From positions 1 through 44,947 of IMG/VR virus record IMGVR_UViG_3300038548_000114: a stretch of 44,947 nucleotides of DNA; one strand, written 5' to 3'. The position numbers were made by a program, and so were the translations under genes. Within the stretch, counting starts at the first letter, position 1. Every line of letters begins with the position of its first letter. Below, piece after piece: positions 15,740 through 25,591 of the stretch. The DNA comes from a virus. Its lineage: Duplodnaviria; Caudoviricetes. The notes beneath the pieces were generated by a model. The model saw only the letters and a list, made by a program, of their open reading frames with translations, was not told where the DNA came from and did no database searches.

Positions 15740-16813
15740 ATGCCGACAGCACGTGCTAATCTCGACACCAATCAATATGTGAGGGTCACCAGCGACCCTG
15801 CAGTGCCGTCGTCGGTGATGCTGCAGTCGCATCGTGACACTGTGCGCATAGTCTTCAGTGATGTGAAGCCAGCTAAGGGTAACAGTGTTTTTCATGAACT
15901 GGGTGGTGAGCACTCGGTGTTGAATGTTGCGATGACCGAACTGGGTGTTTGGGCATTGGCGACGACTGATCGGTCGGCGCTGACTGTCACTGAGCAGCGT
16001 GTACCAGTCGAGATCAGTGAACGCGGTACTATCGGCGGCGCGGTGTTCGTGCAGGACCAAACAACCCCTGTCTTAACCGTTCCGTTTCTGCAGACACGAG
16101 CGGCTGTCACGCTGACTGCAGATACCGTGATCGATGACCGCACCATAGAGCTGACAGCCGGACACGGTACGCTATTTGGCGAGGTGATCGAACTAGCTGA
16201 GACAGGGACAACGAAGTTTATGCAAGCGGACGTGATTGATCCGCTAGGACTGGCCGCAGAGGGTGACCCCGTAGTGGGCGACACGATCACACTCGATCAG
16301 CCTGTGAACCGTATCTATACGACAGTCGGGTCGATAGCCCAACGCTCTACCAAAAACCTCCTGGTCGACGGGTCAGTTACGCCGCAAATATTCAGCATCC
16401 TGCCACTACCAGGACAGTCTGGCGATATGGTGCGGATAATCTGGGAGATGCGCGGGGCAGCAGGGGGGTCGATGGATTACACGACGTTTGGCAGTGGTCC
16501 ACCACTGCTGAACGGGTGCGTCATCAGGATTAAGAACAGCGATGGCACGTTCAGAAACCTATTCAATTTTAAGTCGAATGGCGACATTATCGAGCAGGCG
16601 TTTGATCTGGTGTTCCTTGACCCGAAGGGTGGGAACACGATCCCTGGTATGACGGCCCGGTTAACGTGGGGTGGCCAGTCAAAGCACGGGGTGGTGATCC
16701 GGCTGGATGGCACACTCGGGGAAGAATTGCAGATTGTCGCACAGGACGACTTAACGACACCCAATACACGATTTCACCTGACAGCACAAGGTCACGAGCT
16801 GCAAGAGGTTTAA
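15740..16813 (+). CDS. Hypothetical beta-rich, probably virion-associated protein
   Basis: 357-aa ORF directly upstream of the portal gene. Confidence 0.65.
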   Translation: MPTARANLDTNQYVRVTSDPAVPSSVMLQSHRDTVRIVFSDVKPAKGNSVFHELGGEHSVLNVAMTELGVWALATTDRSALTVTEQRVPVEISERGTIGGAVFVQDQTTPVLTVPFLQTRAAVTLTADTVIDDRTIELTAGHGTLFGEVIELAETGTTKFMQADVIDPLGLAAEGDPVVGDTITLDQPVNRIYTTVGSIAQRSTKNLLVDGSVTPQIFSILPLPGQSGDMVRIIWEMRGAAGGSMDYTTFGSGPPLLNGCVIRIKNSDGTFRNLFNFKSNGDIIEQAFDLVFLDPKGGNTIPGMTARLTWGGQSKHGVVIRLDGTLGEELQIVAQDDLTTPNTRFHLTAQGHELQEV

Positions 16814-18487
16814 ATGCCAACCATCATAAGCTACAACAAACGACTTGAAGCACTGCGGTCAGAGCGGAACACTTTCATTCCACTATATCGTGAGCTGTCT
16901 GACTACCATCTTGCGCACCGTGGTCGATTCCTGACCAGTGACCGGAACAAGGGTCACAAGCGCAACACGAAGCAGATCAACAACACCAGTCGACTAGCGG
17001 CACGAACGCTGGCGTCAGGCATGATGTCAGGCATCACATCACCTGCTCGACCTTGGTTCAGGCTTGGCACCGGTGACACAGCGCTTGACGATCTGGCTTC
17101 AGTGAAGACATGGTTGCATGAAGTTCAGTCGATCATGTACAAGGTCTATTCTGCGTCGAACACGTACAACTCGCTGCACACTCTCTACTCTGAGTTGGGG
17201 GTGTTTGGCACCGGTGCGATGGGGGTGTTTCAAGACTTTGACAATGTGATCTGGTGCAAGCCTTACACTGTCGGCAGTTACATGATCGGCCTTGACGGTA
17301 AGAACGTCAGCGACACCTTTTACCGTGAATATGAGTTGAGCGTCGGTCAGGTCGTTAAGCAGTTCGGCATCGAGAACGTCAGCCACTCTGTCAAGCAGAT
17401 GTGGGATAACGGCAACACTGAGACATGGGTGAAGGTGGTTCACGCCATTGAGCCGAACGACGACCGCGACGGTGCGAGTCCGTTGGCTAAGGATAAGAAG
17501 ACTCGATCTGTTTACTATGAAGTCGACAATTCACAGAAGGAAAATAGCACTCGGTTTCTGCGTGAGTCCGGTTTCGATGAGTTCCCTATTCTGACACCAC
17601 GCTGGGACATCACCGGTGAAGACATCTATGCGACTGACTGTCCAGGTATTACGGCGCTGGGTGACACGAAGGCATTGCAGCTGGCTGAGAAGCGCAAGTA
17701 CCAAGCGATCGATAAGCTGGTCAACCCACCGCTACAGGGTCCGTCTGCGTTGAAGAACAAGATGACCGGTGGTGTGCCGGGTCCGAATGAGATCGTTTGG
17801 CATGATAAGACCGGTGGCGGTCTGACCAGTATCTATGCCAACTATCGACCTGAGATCGGTGTGATCAAAGAAGAGATCCTGAACGTCGAAGATCGTGTTC
17901 AGCGTGCGTTCTATGAAGATCTGTTCTTGATGCTGGCTAACACTGACCGTCGACAGATCACTGCTCGTGAGGTTGCTGAGAAGCATGAAGAGAAGCTGCT
18001 GATGCTGGGGCCAGTGTTGGAGCGGTTGCACACTGAGTTACTTGATCCGCTGATCGATCGCACCTTCAGCATCCTGCAACGCAACGGTGTGTTGCCACCC
18101 CCACCACCTGAACTGGCTGATCGTGAGCTTGAAGTCGAGTATGTGTCAGTGCTAGCTCAGGCACAGCGCCTGGTGAACACTGGTGCCATCGACCGGTTGG
18201 CGCAGTACACCGGTGGCATTGCAGCGATCTGGCCTGAAGCACGTCACAAGTTCAACGCGGTGCAGTCGATCGATGACTACGCTGAAGCACTGGGTGTTGA
18301 CCCTGCTATCGTCAACAGTGACGAAGTGGTGCAGGCGATGGCGAAGGCTGAGCGTGATGCTCAAGCAGCTGCACAAGCACAACAACAGGCAGAGCAGCTG
18401 ACGAACATGGCGAAGACTGCATCTGAGACTGATGTGTCTGAAGACAACGCACTGGGTCGTGTGATGCAACGAGCAGGGTTAGCGTGA
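16814..18487 (+). CDS. Portal (head-tail connector), podovirus type
   Basis: LASGMMSGITSPARPWF, ITAREVAEKHEEKLLMLGPVLERL, YVSVLAQAQR. Confidence 0.95.
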   Translation: MPTIISYNKRLEALRSERNTFIPLYRELSDYHLAHRGRFLTSDRNKGHKRNTKQINNTSRLAARTLASGMMSGITSPARPWFRLGTGDTALDDLASVKTWLHEVQSIMYKVYSASNTYNSLHTLYSELGVFGTGAMGVFQDFDNVIWCKPYTVGSYMIGLDGKNVSDTFYREYELSVGQVVKQFGIENVSHSVKQMWDNGNTETWVKVVHAIEPNDDRDGASPLAKDKKTRSVYYEVDNSQKENSTRFLRESGFDEFPILTPRWDITGEDIYATDCPGITALGDTKALQLAEKRKYQAIDKLVNPPLQGPSALKNKMTGGVPGPNEIVWHDKTGGGLTSIYANYRPEIGVIKEEILNVEDRVQRAFYEDLFLMLANTDRRQITAREVAEKHEEKLLMLGPVLERLHTELLDPLIDRTFSILQRNGVLPPPPPELADRELEVEYVSVLAQAQRLVNTGAIDRLAQYTGGIAAIWPEARHKFNAVQSIDDYAEALGVDPAIVNSDEVVQAMAKAERDAQAAAQAQQQAEQLTNMAKTASETDVSEDNALGRVMQRAGLA

Positions 18488-18741
18488 TGAGCAACAGTAA
18501 CCCTCGTGAATTAGAGCTGCTGACGATCCGTAAGCTGATGCAGACGGAGAACGGTCGCGCCTTCATGTGGCGGTCATTACAGCAAACTGGTATATTCAGC
18601 AATGACTTTGATGCTGACCCGGCGAAGCTGGCGTTCTATTCAGGTCAACGTGAACATGGGTTGTGGCTCACCAGTGAGTTGAAGGAAGCCGCACTTGATG
18701 AATATTTGAAAATGATAAGGGAACATTCTGATGGGTGTTGA
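18484..18741 (+). CDS. Bbp19-like small protein
   Basis: LMQTENGRAFMWRSL..TGIF...AFYSGQREHGL, located between portal and scaffold. Confidence 0.75.
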   Translation: MMSNSNPRELELLTIRKLMQTENGRAFMWRSLQQTGIFSNDFDADPAKLAFYSGQREHGLWLTSELKEAALDEYLKMIREHSDGC

Positions 18742-19438
18742 AGGTGACGTACAAACAACCGGTGTTGAGACTGACACAGGTGCAGATAATGGAGCAGTTG
18801 ATACCTCAACGGTGCTGACTGCTGATACAGCTGCAGATGGTGCAGCTGATAGTTCTGATGCAGGTGCTGCTGATGCAGTGGCTGCAGATGATACCAGTAC
18901 CACCGGTGACGACTCGGGTAACACCGACGCCTCCGATGCTGCTGGTGATGCTGAAGGTAGTCAGACACCTCCTGACGAATATGCCGACTTCAAGATGCCT
19001 GAAGGTGTCCAGCTCGATGACTCGTTGATGACTGATGCTCTGCCTCTTTTTAAAGAGATGGGGTTGACGCAAGACGCTGCTCAGAAGCTGGTCGATTTTC
19101 AAGCGTCGAGGGTCCAGGCGGAAGCGCAGAAACAGGTCGATGCATTCAATCAGCTCAAGACTGAATGGCGTGAACAGTCTGCTAATGACAAAGAGTTCGG
19201 GGGTGACGCTTTCGATGAGAACGTCAAATTCGCACAAGCTGCCGTTAACAAGTTCGGAACGCCAGAGTTGAAGCAATTGATGGAAGATTACGGTGTGGGC
19301 AACCACCCTGAAATGCTCCGTTTTATGGTCAAAGTCGGCAAGCTGACTGCTGAAGATGTACCGGGTTCTGACGGTGTCGTTGGTTCAGCTAAGAAGGACA
19401 TTGTGTCGACGTTGTATCCTAACGATCGAAATAAATAA
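18731..19438 (+). CDS. Capsid scaffolding protein
   Basis: Acidic N-terminus, PDEYADFKMPEG, GLTQDAAQKLVD, GNHPEMLRFMVKVGK..AED. Confidence 0.85.
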   Translation: MGVEGDVQTTGVETDTGADNGAVDTSTVLTADTAADGAADSSDAGAADAVAADDTSTTGDDSGNTDASDAAGDAEGSQTPPDEYADFKMPEGVQLDDSLMTDALPLFKEMGLTQDAAQKLVDFQASRVQAEAQKQVDAFNQLKTEWREQSANDKEFGGDAFDENVKFAQAAVNKFGTPELKQLMEDYGVGNHPEMLRFMVKVGKLTAEDVPGSDGVVGSAKKDIVSTLYPNDRNK

Positions 19439-19463
19439 TCTGCCAATCACGTGAGGTGAAATC

Positions 19464-20462
19464 ATGGCTGTTCTAGGTAACACACTTGTCGACTTGATCG
19501 ACATCTACAAGCAGCAGGACGGTCGGGGTCAGTTTGTCCCGATCATCGAAATGCTGATGGAAATGAACCCAATGCTGATCGATGCGATCATGATGGAGTG
19601 CAACAAGGGTACCACTCACCTGCACACTGTCCGCACCGGTCTGCCTGAAGTTGCATGGGGTAAGCTCTACCAGGGTATTCCTCAAGGTAAGGGTCGTACC
19701 GCTCAGGTCGAAGACACTACTGGTTTCGTCGAAGGTGCTAGCACCATCGATCAACGGCTGTTGGACCTGTCCACCAACGAAGGCGCAGTGCGGTTGTCTG
19801 AAGCACAAGCGTACCTTGAAGCGATTGCACAGGAAGTGCAGACCAAGATGATCTACGGTAACACTGCTTCAGATCCTGAAGAGTTCATGGGTCTAGCTCC
19901 ACGCTTCAACGACCTGAGTGCGCCCAACGGTGGTCAGATCATTGACGCCGGTGGTACCGGTTCCGACAATACGTCGATCTGGTTCGTGACTTGGGGTGAT
20001 AACCAGACCACTGCACTGTATCCGAAAGGTACTGCGGCGGGTGTCACACGCGACGACAAGGGTGAGCAGCGATTGCTCGACGGTAATAGCAACCCTTTCT
20101 ACGGCAAGGAAGAGATTTTCACGCAGCACATCGGTCTGGCGGTCAAGGATTGGCGCTATGTGTCTCGCATCGCGAACATTGATGTGAGTCTGATGCAGGC
20201 GGGTTCGGTTGCGCTGTACGACTTCATGCGCAAGGCTTTCTACAAGCTGCAGAACCGTCGTGTCGCTGGCGGCAAGCTGGCGATCTACTGTAACCGTGAT
20301 GTGCTGGAAGCACTGGATGCCTTGGCAACCAACGCGGGTGCATCTGATTCGTTCGTGCGACTGAAGCCGCGTGAGATCGAAGGTGAAGAGGTGCAGTTCT
20401 ATCGCGGCATCCCGGTGCGTGAAACTGACGCGCTGGTTCTCACTGAAGCACAGGTCACCTAG
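19464..20462 (+). CDS. Major capsid protein (BPP-1 Bbp17-like)
   Basis: TVRTGLP, IYGNT..DPEEFMGLAPRF, DAGGTGSDNTSIW.V.WG, DWRYVSRIANID, GIPVRETDAL. Confidence 0.92.
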   Translation: MAVLGNTLVDLIDIYKQQDGRGQFVPIIEMLMEMNPMLIDAIMMECNKGTTHLHTVRTGLPEVAWGKLYQGIPQGKGRTAQVEDTTGFVEGASTIDQRLLDLSTNEGAVRLSEAQAYLEAIAQEVQTKMIYGNTASDPEEFMGLAPRFNDLSAPNGGQIIDAGGTGSDNTSIWFVTWGDNQTTALYPKGTAAGVTRDDKGEQRLLDGNSNPFYGKEEIFTQHIGLAVKDWRYVSRIANIDVSLMQAGSVALYDFMRKAFYKLQNRRVAGGKLAIYCNRDVLEALDALATNAGASDSFVRLKPREIEGEEVQFYRGIPVRETDALVLTEAQVT

Positions 20463-20477
20463 CAGTAACCTGGTCGT

Positions 20478-20502
20478 GACCGGGTAACACCGGTCATCTT
20501 TT
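20478..20502 (+). terminator. Probable terminator or attenuator after the major capsid gene
   Basis: GACCGG-GTAACA-CCGGTC stem followed by ATCTTTT. Confidence 0.55.
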
Positions 20503-20523
20503 AAATATAAGAGGACGAATCTA

Positions 20524-20967
20524 ATGATTCTCTCAGCAAACCAATTGTTCTCCGATGACCAGGCGATCACTGCTACAGCGATCTCCACCAACGTCATCGA
20601 CCTGGGTCTACCGGGTACTCCGTTCGGTGGTGTAGCACCATTGCATCAAGACGTCGGTAAAGGTGCATTCATCCCGATCTTGGTACAGGTAACTGCACCT
20701 TTCACTCACGCCACCAGTTCAGACCTCACTATCACTCTCGAAGTGAGTGCCGCTGCCGGTCTGACATCATCTGTGGTACTGGCCGAAGAAACCATCGCTT
20801 TTGCGGATCTGGTAGCAGGTAAGCAGATGTTCAATCAAGTGGTACCTAATGGCGCTGATCTGCAGTTCCTGGGTATTCGGTATACGTCAAGCTCAGGTTC
20901 GTTCACCGGTGGTACAATCACCGCTGGTATCAGCATGGGCAACCAGACTAACCTAACTGGTGCTTGA
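20524..20967 (+). CDS. Bbp16-like capsid cement protein
   Basis: MILSANQLFSDDQAITATAISTNVIDLG...FLGIRY...GTITAGI. Confidence 0.85.
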   Translation: MILSANQLFSDDQAITATAISTNVIDLGLPGTPFGGVAPLHQDVGKGAFIPILVQVTAPFTHATSSDLTITLEVSAAAGLTSSVVLAEETIAFADLVAGKQMFNQVVPNGADLQFLGIRYTSSSGSFTGGTITAGISMGNQTNLTGA

Positions 20968-20973
20968 TGAGTC

Positions 20974-20998
20974 GGGCGGCTTCGGTCGCCCTTCTTTT
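20974..20998 (+). terminator. Rho-independent terminator
   Basis: GGGCGGC-TTCG-GTCGCCC followed by TTCTTTT. Confidence 0.8.
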
Positions 20999-21018
20999 AA
21001 TTGATTGAGGATTGAGAA

Positions 21019-21300
21019 ATGCCTAGTTACCAGGTGATCGAAAAAGGGTTCTATGGTGGTTCACTGTATGACCCTGCAGGTAAGCGTCGCACTCTGCACG
21101 TCGAAAAGCCGTTCAAGAAGTGCCCCAGCTGGTTGAAGCCACTCAAGGCTGAGTCGGCTACTGTGGCTAAGAAGCGTGTGACTGCTGAAAAGAAAGTCGC
21201 CAAGGCTGATGCCAAAAAAGCCGCCGATGACACCGCTGAGATCAAGGGCGCGTCGTTCATGGGCGACGGTGAAAACGGTTCAACAGTCGAAACTCTCTGA
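21019..21300 (+). CDS. Hypothetical Lys/Ala-rich protein
   Basis: GAGGA RBS; intact ORF in the head module. Confidence 0.7.
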   Translation: MPSYQVIEKGFYGGSLYDPAGKRRTLHVEKPFKKCPSWLKPLKAESATVAKKRVTAEKKVAKADAKKAADDTAEIKGASFMGDGENGSTVETL

Positions 21301-21311
21301 GGTGATATGTC

Positions 21312-21620
21312 ATGCCTAAAGATCAAGTAAAAATCAGCAAAGAATCTAACAGTGATAACTCTGTTCGGTCCTTTGATGGCGACGATTACCCGTTCGGCAC
21401 AAGTCTACATTTCGAGGATGAGTTGGTTGATGAACTCGGTATCGAGGGGCTTGCTGTCGGTGATGTTGTTGAGGTGCGTGGGTTCGCGTTCGTTGACCGT
21501 AAATCGGAGCACAGCAGCAAAGATCGTCAGACAAAGTCGGTATCGCTACAGATGACCAGCATCAAGCTGCGACGTGAGACTGATGATCGAGCAGTGCAAC
21601 TCTATGGTGATGGGAGCTAA
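21312..21620 (+). CDS. Minor capsid (staple-like) protein
   Basis: YPFGTSLHFEDE..ELGI...VGD...SLQMT...LYG pattern. Confidence 0.6.
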   Translation: MPKDQVKISKESNSDNSVRSFDGDDYPFGTSLHFEDELVDELGIEGLAVGDVVEVRGFAFVDRKSEHSSKDRQTKSVSLQMTSIKLRRETDDRAVQLYGDGS

Positions 21621-21623
21621 GAC

Positions 21624-22280
21624 ATGCCGTCTGAGATTGAGGTGGTCAACCTCGCATTGAGTAATATTCGTGCGGGTAGCATCAACGACTTGAATGAAGC
21701 ATCGCTGCAGGCTCAAGTTGCGAAGCTGAAGTACCCGTTCATGCGTGATCGGTTGCTGCGTGAGATCCCGTGGCAGTTCAATCGAAAGCTGCGTGCACTC
21801 AGCCTGTTGACCACCGACCTCTTCACTTGGGCATTTTCATACCAGTACCCGGTTGACTGCCTCAAGATCCTTCGACTGGTACCTGCTTTTGAAGAGATTA
21901 CAGCAGCTAGCGCTGACGTGGTATCACGTCGACGTGACTCTGAGGTGCGGTCACTGAAGTCACTGCGACAGCAGACCCCGTATGAAGTTTTCAATGTTGA
22001 CGACAACAAGGTCATCGGGTCAGATGACGCTGAGCTGAGAGTTGATTACGCAGCGAAGGTCACCAACCCGAACCTGTTCAGCGACGACTTCATTCTGGCG
22101 CTGTCGCACCTGTTGGCTGCTGAGATGGCGGTACCGCTGATCGGTGCAGAGACAGGTCGACAATTAAGGTCGGATGAGATGACGCTGTATCAAGCCTATC
22201 TTGACTCTGCGATAGCTGACGACATGAATGATGGGTATCATACCCCACCAGAGAGTGAGTTCATTTTAGTCAGGGGGTGA
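21624..22280 (+). CDS. Tail tubular protein A / adaptor
   Basis: SEIEVVNLALSNI...W.F...YQYPVDCL...F..ALSHLLAAEMA.PL. Confidence 0.85.
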   Translation: MPSEIEVVNLALSNIRAGSINDLNEASLQAQVAKLKYPFMRDRLLREIPWQFNRKLRALSLLTTDLFTWAFSYQYPVDCLKILRLVPAFEEITAASADVVSRRRDSEVRSLKSLRQQTPYEVFNVDDNKVIGSDDAELRVDYAAKVTNPNLFSDDFILALSHLLAAEMAVPLIGAETGRQLRSDEMTLYQAYLDSAIADDMNDGYHTPPESEFILVRG

Positions 22281-22283
22281 CCT

Positions 22284-24608
22284 GTGCCAGAGACTATCCA
22301 ACGATCATTTACAAGTGGGGAAATTTCCCCATCGCTTCAATCGCGTGCTGATACTGTTAAATATGCAACCGGCTTGAACCTGTGTCAGAACTTCTTGGTG
22401 CGTGCTCAAGGGGGTGCATATTCACGACCAGGGTTTCGGTTCGGGGGTGCACTGGACGATCAGACCAAGAAAGGGCGATTGATCTCGTTCAGCTTCAACA
22501 CTGAGCAGACCTACATGCTTGTGTTCGAGCATTTGTTGATGAGGGTCATCAAGGATAACGCATTCGTTATCGATGGTGCCGGTCCTGCACTGTTCGAGCT
22601 GGTGACACCTTACACTGAGGCTGAGTTACCGTTCCTCGGTATCACACAGTCTGCTGACGTGATGACTATCGTTCACCCGTCACATGACCCTGCTGACTTG
22701 GGTCGGTTGGCTGATGACAACTGGACACTTACCGACATCAATTATGCATCAACCGTGACACCCCCTGTGCTGACCCCTGAAGCTACCGCGACCATCACAG
22801 GTATCACGCAGGCGCTCCCTGCTGAGGTGACTACGTCTGCTGCGCATGGTTATGTGACAGACGATAGTGTTGACATCGATGGTGTCGTCGGCATGACCGA
22901 GTTGAACGGTAGAGGGTTCATCTTGACGTCAACGGGGGCTAACACATTCACCCTCAACGGTGAAGACTCCACGGGTTACGGCGCGTATGTATCAGGTGGT
23001 ACAGCGAACCAATCGCTTCGCACCACGGGTGACATCGCAGGTGGTGGTAGTTTTGAGAAAACTTACACCTATGTGGTGACTGCGGTCAGCAACGATGTTG
23101 AGTCGCTGCCGTCGGTTGCCGCAACGATCACCACCAAATCGCTGAGTCAGACATTTGGTGTCAGTATCTTGTGGGCTGCAGTCGCTGGCGCAGACTATTA
23201 CCGGGTGTATAAAGATCCTTCACATGGTACTGATATTTTCGGGTGGATCGGTGACTCGAACAACCTGCTGTTTCAAGATTTCAACATTGCACCTTTGGTC
23301 AGTGACACACCACCTGCTGACCGGACTCCTTTCGACGGTGCGGGTAACAAACCATCTGTTGTGAATTATTACCAGCAGCGTCAAGTGTTTGCCAACACGA
23401 CCAATGAACCTCAAGCCGTGTTCACTACGCAGACTGGGAATTTCGAATCACTTCGCACATCTAGCCCTGCACGTGATGACGACGCAGTGACGTTCACGAT
23501 CGTCGGTCGTCAGGTCAACGAGATCCGACATATTGTGGAGTTGGACACGATGTTGTTGTTAACGTCGGGTGGTGAGTGGAAAACCTCAGAGGGTCAGGAG
23601 CAGGTTCTGACACCTGCGACACCGGGTGCGAAGCAGCAGTCATATAACGGGTCGTCGTGGGTTCCGCCTGTCGTGGTCAACAGTACGGCACTGTACCTGC
23701 AGGAGAAAGGTGCAAGGATTCGTGACTTGGGTTATGAGTTCAGTAGTGATAAGTACACCGGAAACGACTTGTCATTGATGTCAGAGCACCTGTTCGAAGG
23801 GTTCGAGATAACGTCGATGGCATACTCAGCAGAGCCTTACAGTATTCTGTGGTGCGTGCGTGACGACGGTGTGCTGTTGGGTCTGACTTATCAACGTGAA
23901 CACCAGGTGTGGGGGTGGCATCAGCATATCACTGATGGGTTGTTTGAGTCAGTGGCTACCGTGGCGGAAGGTAACCGTGATGCGGTGTATGTGATCGTCA
24001 AGCGTACGATCGACGGCGGCACTAAACGGTACGTTGAGCGTATGGACCCGCGTGAGCAGACCAACGCTGAAGACTGCTTTTATGTTGACTCGGGTTTGAC
24101 GTATGACGACGTACCTGCGACTGTCATCACGGGGTTGGCTCATCTTGAAGGTGAAGCTGTCGCGGTACTGGCTGACGGTAATGAGGTTATCGATTTAACG
24201 GTTGCATCAGGGTCGATCACGATACCGCGTGCTGCATCGAAAGTTCATGTTGGGCTTGCTTACCTACCTGCGATCGAGTTGCTTGACATCGATGTGACAT
24301 CATCGGTCGACACTCTGAAGTCGAAGTCGTTATCAGTGTCAAAGGTGTTTATAGAAGTCGAGAAATCACGTGGTGGTTTCATCGGTGCCAAACCGTCAGC
24401 TGACATACTCGGCACGCCCATATTGCGTGAGATTAAGCCAAGGTTTCAATCAGATGAATACGACTCGATTGCGCTGAAGACCTTCATACAGGAAGTGATC
24501 ATCGATCCCCAGTGGAGTAAGGGTGGAGGCGTTCGCATCGAGCAGCGGTCACCGTTGCCGTTGGCGATTCTCTCAGTTATTCCATCGGTGGATAAAGGTG
24601 GTAGTTAA
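22284..24608 (+). CDS. Tail tubular protein B / nozzle with an inserted E1-FCCH-like domain
   Basis: QRSFTSGEISP...RPGFRF, QSADVMTIVHP, YYQQRQVFA, QVWGWHQH, GL.HLEG; insert ITGITQALPAEVT..AHG...GVVGMTELNG. Confidence 0.88.
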   Translation: MPETIQRSFTSGEISPSLQSRADTVKYATGLNLCQNFLVRAQGGAYSRPGFRFGGALDDQTKKGRLISFSFNTEQTYMLVFEHLLMRVIKDNAFVIDGAGPALFELVTPYTEAELPFLGITQSADVMTIVHPSHDPADLGRLADDNWTLTDINYASTVTPPVLTPEATATITGITQALPAEVTTSAAHGYVTDDSVDIDGVVGMTELNGRGFILTSTGANTFTLNGEDSTGYGAYVSGGTANQSLRTTGDIAGGGSFEKTYTYVVTAVSNDVESLPSVAATITTKSLSQTFGVSILWAAVAGADYYRVYKDPSHGTDIFGWIGDSNNLLFQDFNIAPLVSDTPPADRTPFDGAGNKPSVVNYYQQRQVFANTTNEPQAVFTTQTGNFESLRTSSPARDDDAVTFTIVGRQVNEIRHIVELDTMLLLTSGGEWKTSEGQEQVLTPATPGAKQQSYNGSSWVPPVVVNSTALYLQEKGARIRDLGYEFSSDKYTGNDLSLMSEHLFEGFEITSMAYSAEPYSILWCVRDDGVLLGLTYQREHQVWGWHQHITDGLFESVATVAEGNRDAVYVIVKRTIDGGTKRYVERMDPREQTNAEDCFYVDSGLTYDDVPATVITGLAHLEGEAVAVLADGNEVIDLTVASGSITIPRAASKVHVGLAYLPAIELLDIDVTSSVDTLKSKSLSVSKVFIEVEKSRGGFIGAKPSADILGTPILREIKPRFQSDEYDSIALKTFIQEVIIDPQWSKGGGVRIEQRSPLPLAILSVIPSVDKGGS

Positions 24609-25071
24609 ATTCATCAAACCAACTGAGGCAGCTATTCAGTTGATTGCTGCTGACATGCGTGACGCTGACGTCGCTGAGATATGGGCGTCACATCGACACA
24701 CACCGATTGATGCGCTGATGAGGGGTTGGGAGTTGTCTGACTTGAGTGTAATCGTTGAGTGTGATGGTGTGCCGTGCACCATGCTTGGTCTGGTTGTTGA
24801 TTGTGTGCTGACAGGGTCCGGTACACCGTGGCTATTGTCCAGCAATCACGCGTTGAAATATAAGCGTGAGTTTCTGATACAATCACCCCCAGTAATAGAG
24901 CAGATGTTAGATACCTGCCCTCGGTTGTCGAACCATGTTCATACGAAGAACCGAGTCAGCATTCGGTGGTTGAAGTGGTTGGGGTTCACAATTGAAGAAC
25001 CGCTACCCGTTGGCATCGACAAAGAGTTATTCCATCGGTTCCATCTCGAAAAGGTGATTGATAATGTGTGA
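24598..25071 (+). CDS. GNAT-like / T7 gp13-like (DUF2833) protein
   Basis: MRDADVAEI...GTPWLL...LSNHVHTKNRVSIRWLKWLGF. Confidence 0.8.
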   Translation: MVVKFIKPTEAAIQLIAADMRDADVAEIWASHRHTPIDALMRGWELSDLSVIVECDGVPCTMLGLVVDCVLTGSGTPWLLSSNHALKYKREFLIQSPPVIEQMLDTCPRLSNHVHTKNRVSIRWLKWLGFTIEEPLPVGIDKELFHRFHLEKVIDNV

Positions 25072-25582
25072 TCCGGTAACAGTGGGCGCTGCAGTTGCGA
25101 TCGCGTCAACAGGGTTCCAAATACAACAGGCGCGTGCGCAAGGCAAGTTCCAGAAAGGTGTTGCTGACTTCAATGCACGCACCGCTGAGAACGAAGCCGA
25201 AGCGACACGCACCTCAGCGACAGCTGCAGAGAACACTCAGCGCCAACGTACTGCTGAACTGCTGTCACGTCAGCGTGCTCAACTGGGTGCATCGGGTGTC
25301 GCATTAGGTTCAGGGTCTGCACTGCAGCTGCAGCAGGACACACTGACACTCGGTGAAGCTGATGCGCTGCGCATCAGAACCCGTGGTGATGAGTCATTCC
25401 AAGCACTTCAGACTGAGGCATCGTTGACCGAAGCTCAGGGTGGCTTCGCAGAAATTGCGGGTCGTAATAAAGCTGTCGGGTCACTGTTAACTGGCGCAGG
25501 AAATGTGCTTGACACAGGTGTCGCTGATAAATGGTTCACGCCTAAGAGTGCAGGTCGACAGCTTCAACCTGGTTTGGGATAG
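25064..25582 (+). CDS. Internal virion (ejection) protein, T7 gp14-like
   Basis: MCDP start, QRAQLGASGV..GS..GSAL; Ala/Gln-rich. Confidence 0.8.
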   Translation: MCDPVTVGAAVAIASTGFQIQQARAQGKFQKGVADFNARTAENEAEATRTSATAAENTQRQRTAELLSRQRAQLGASGVALGSGSALQLQQDTLTLGEADALRIRTRGDESFQALQTEASLTEAQGGFAEIAGRNKAVGSLLTGAGNVLDTGVADKWFTPKSAGRQLQPGLG

Positions 25583-25591
25583 GATTCTAAA

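Noticed and set aside
20455-20470. Stop-codon readthrough extension of the major capsid protein
   Set aside because: The TAG is followed one codon later by an in-frame TAA, and no slippery site was evident.
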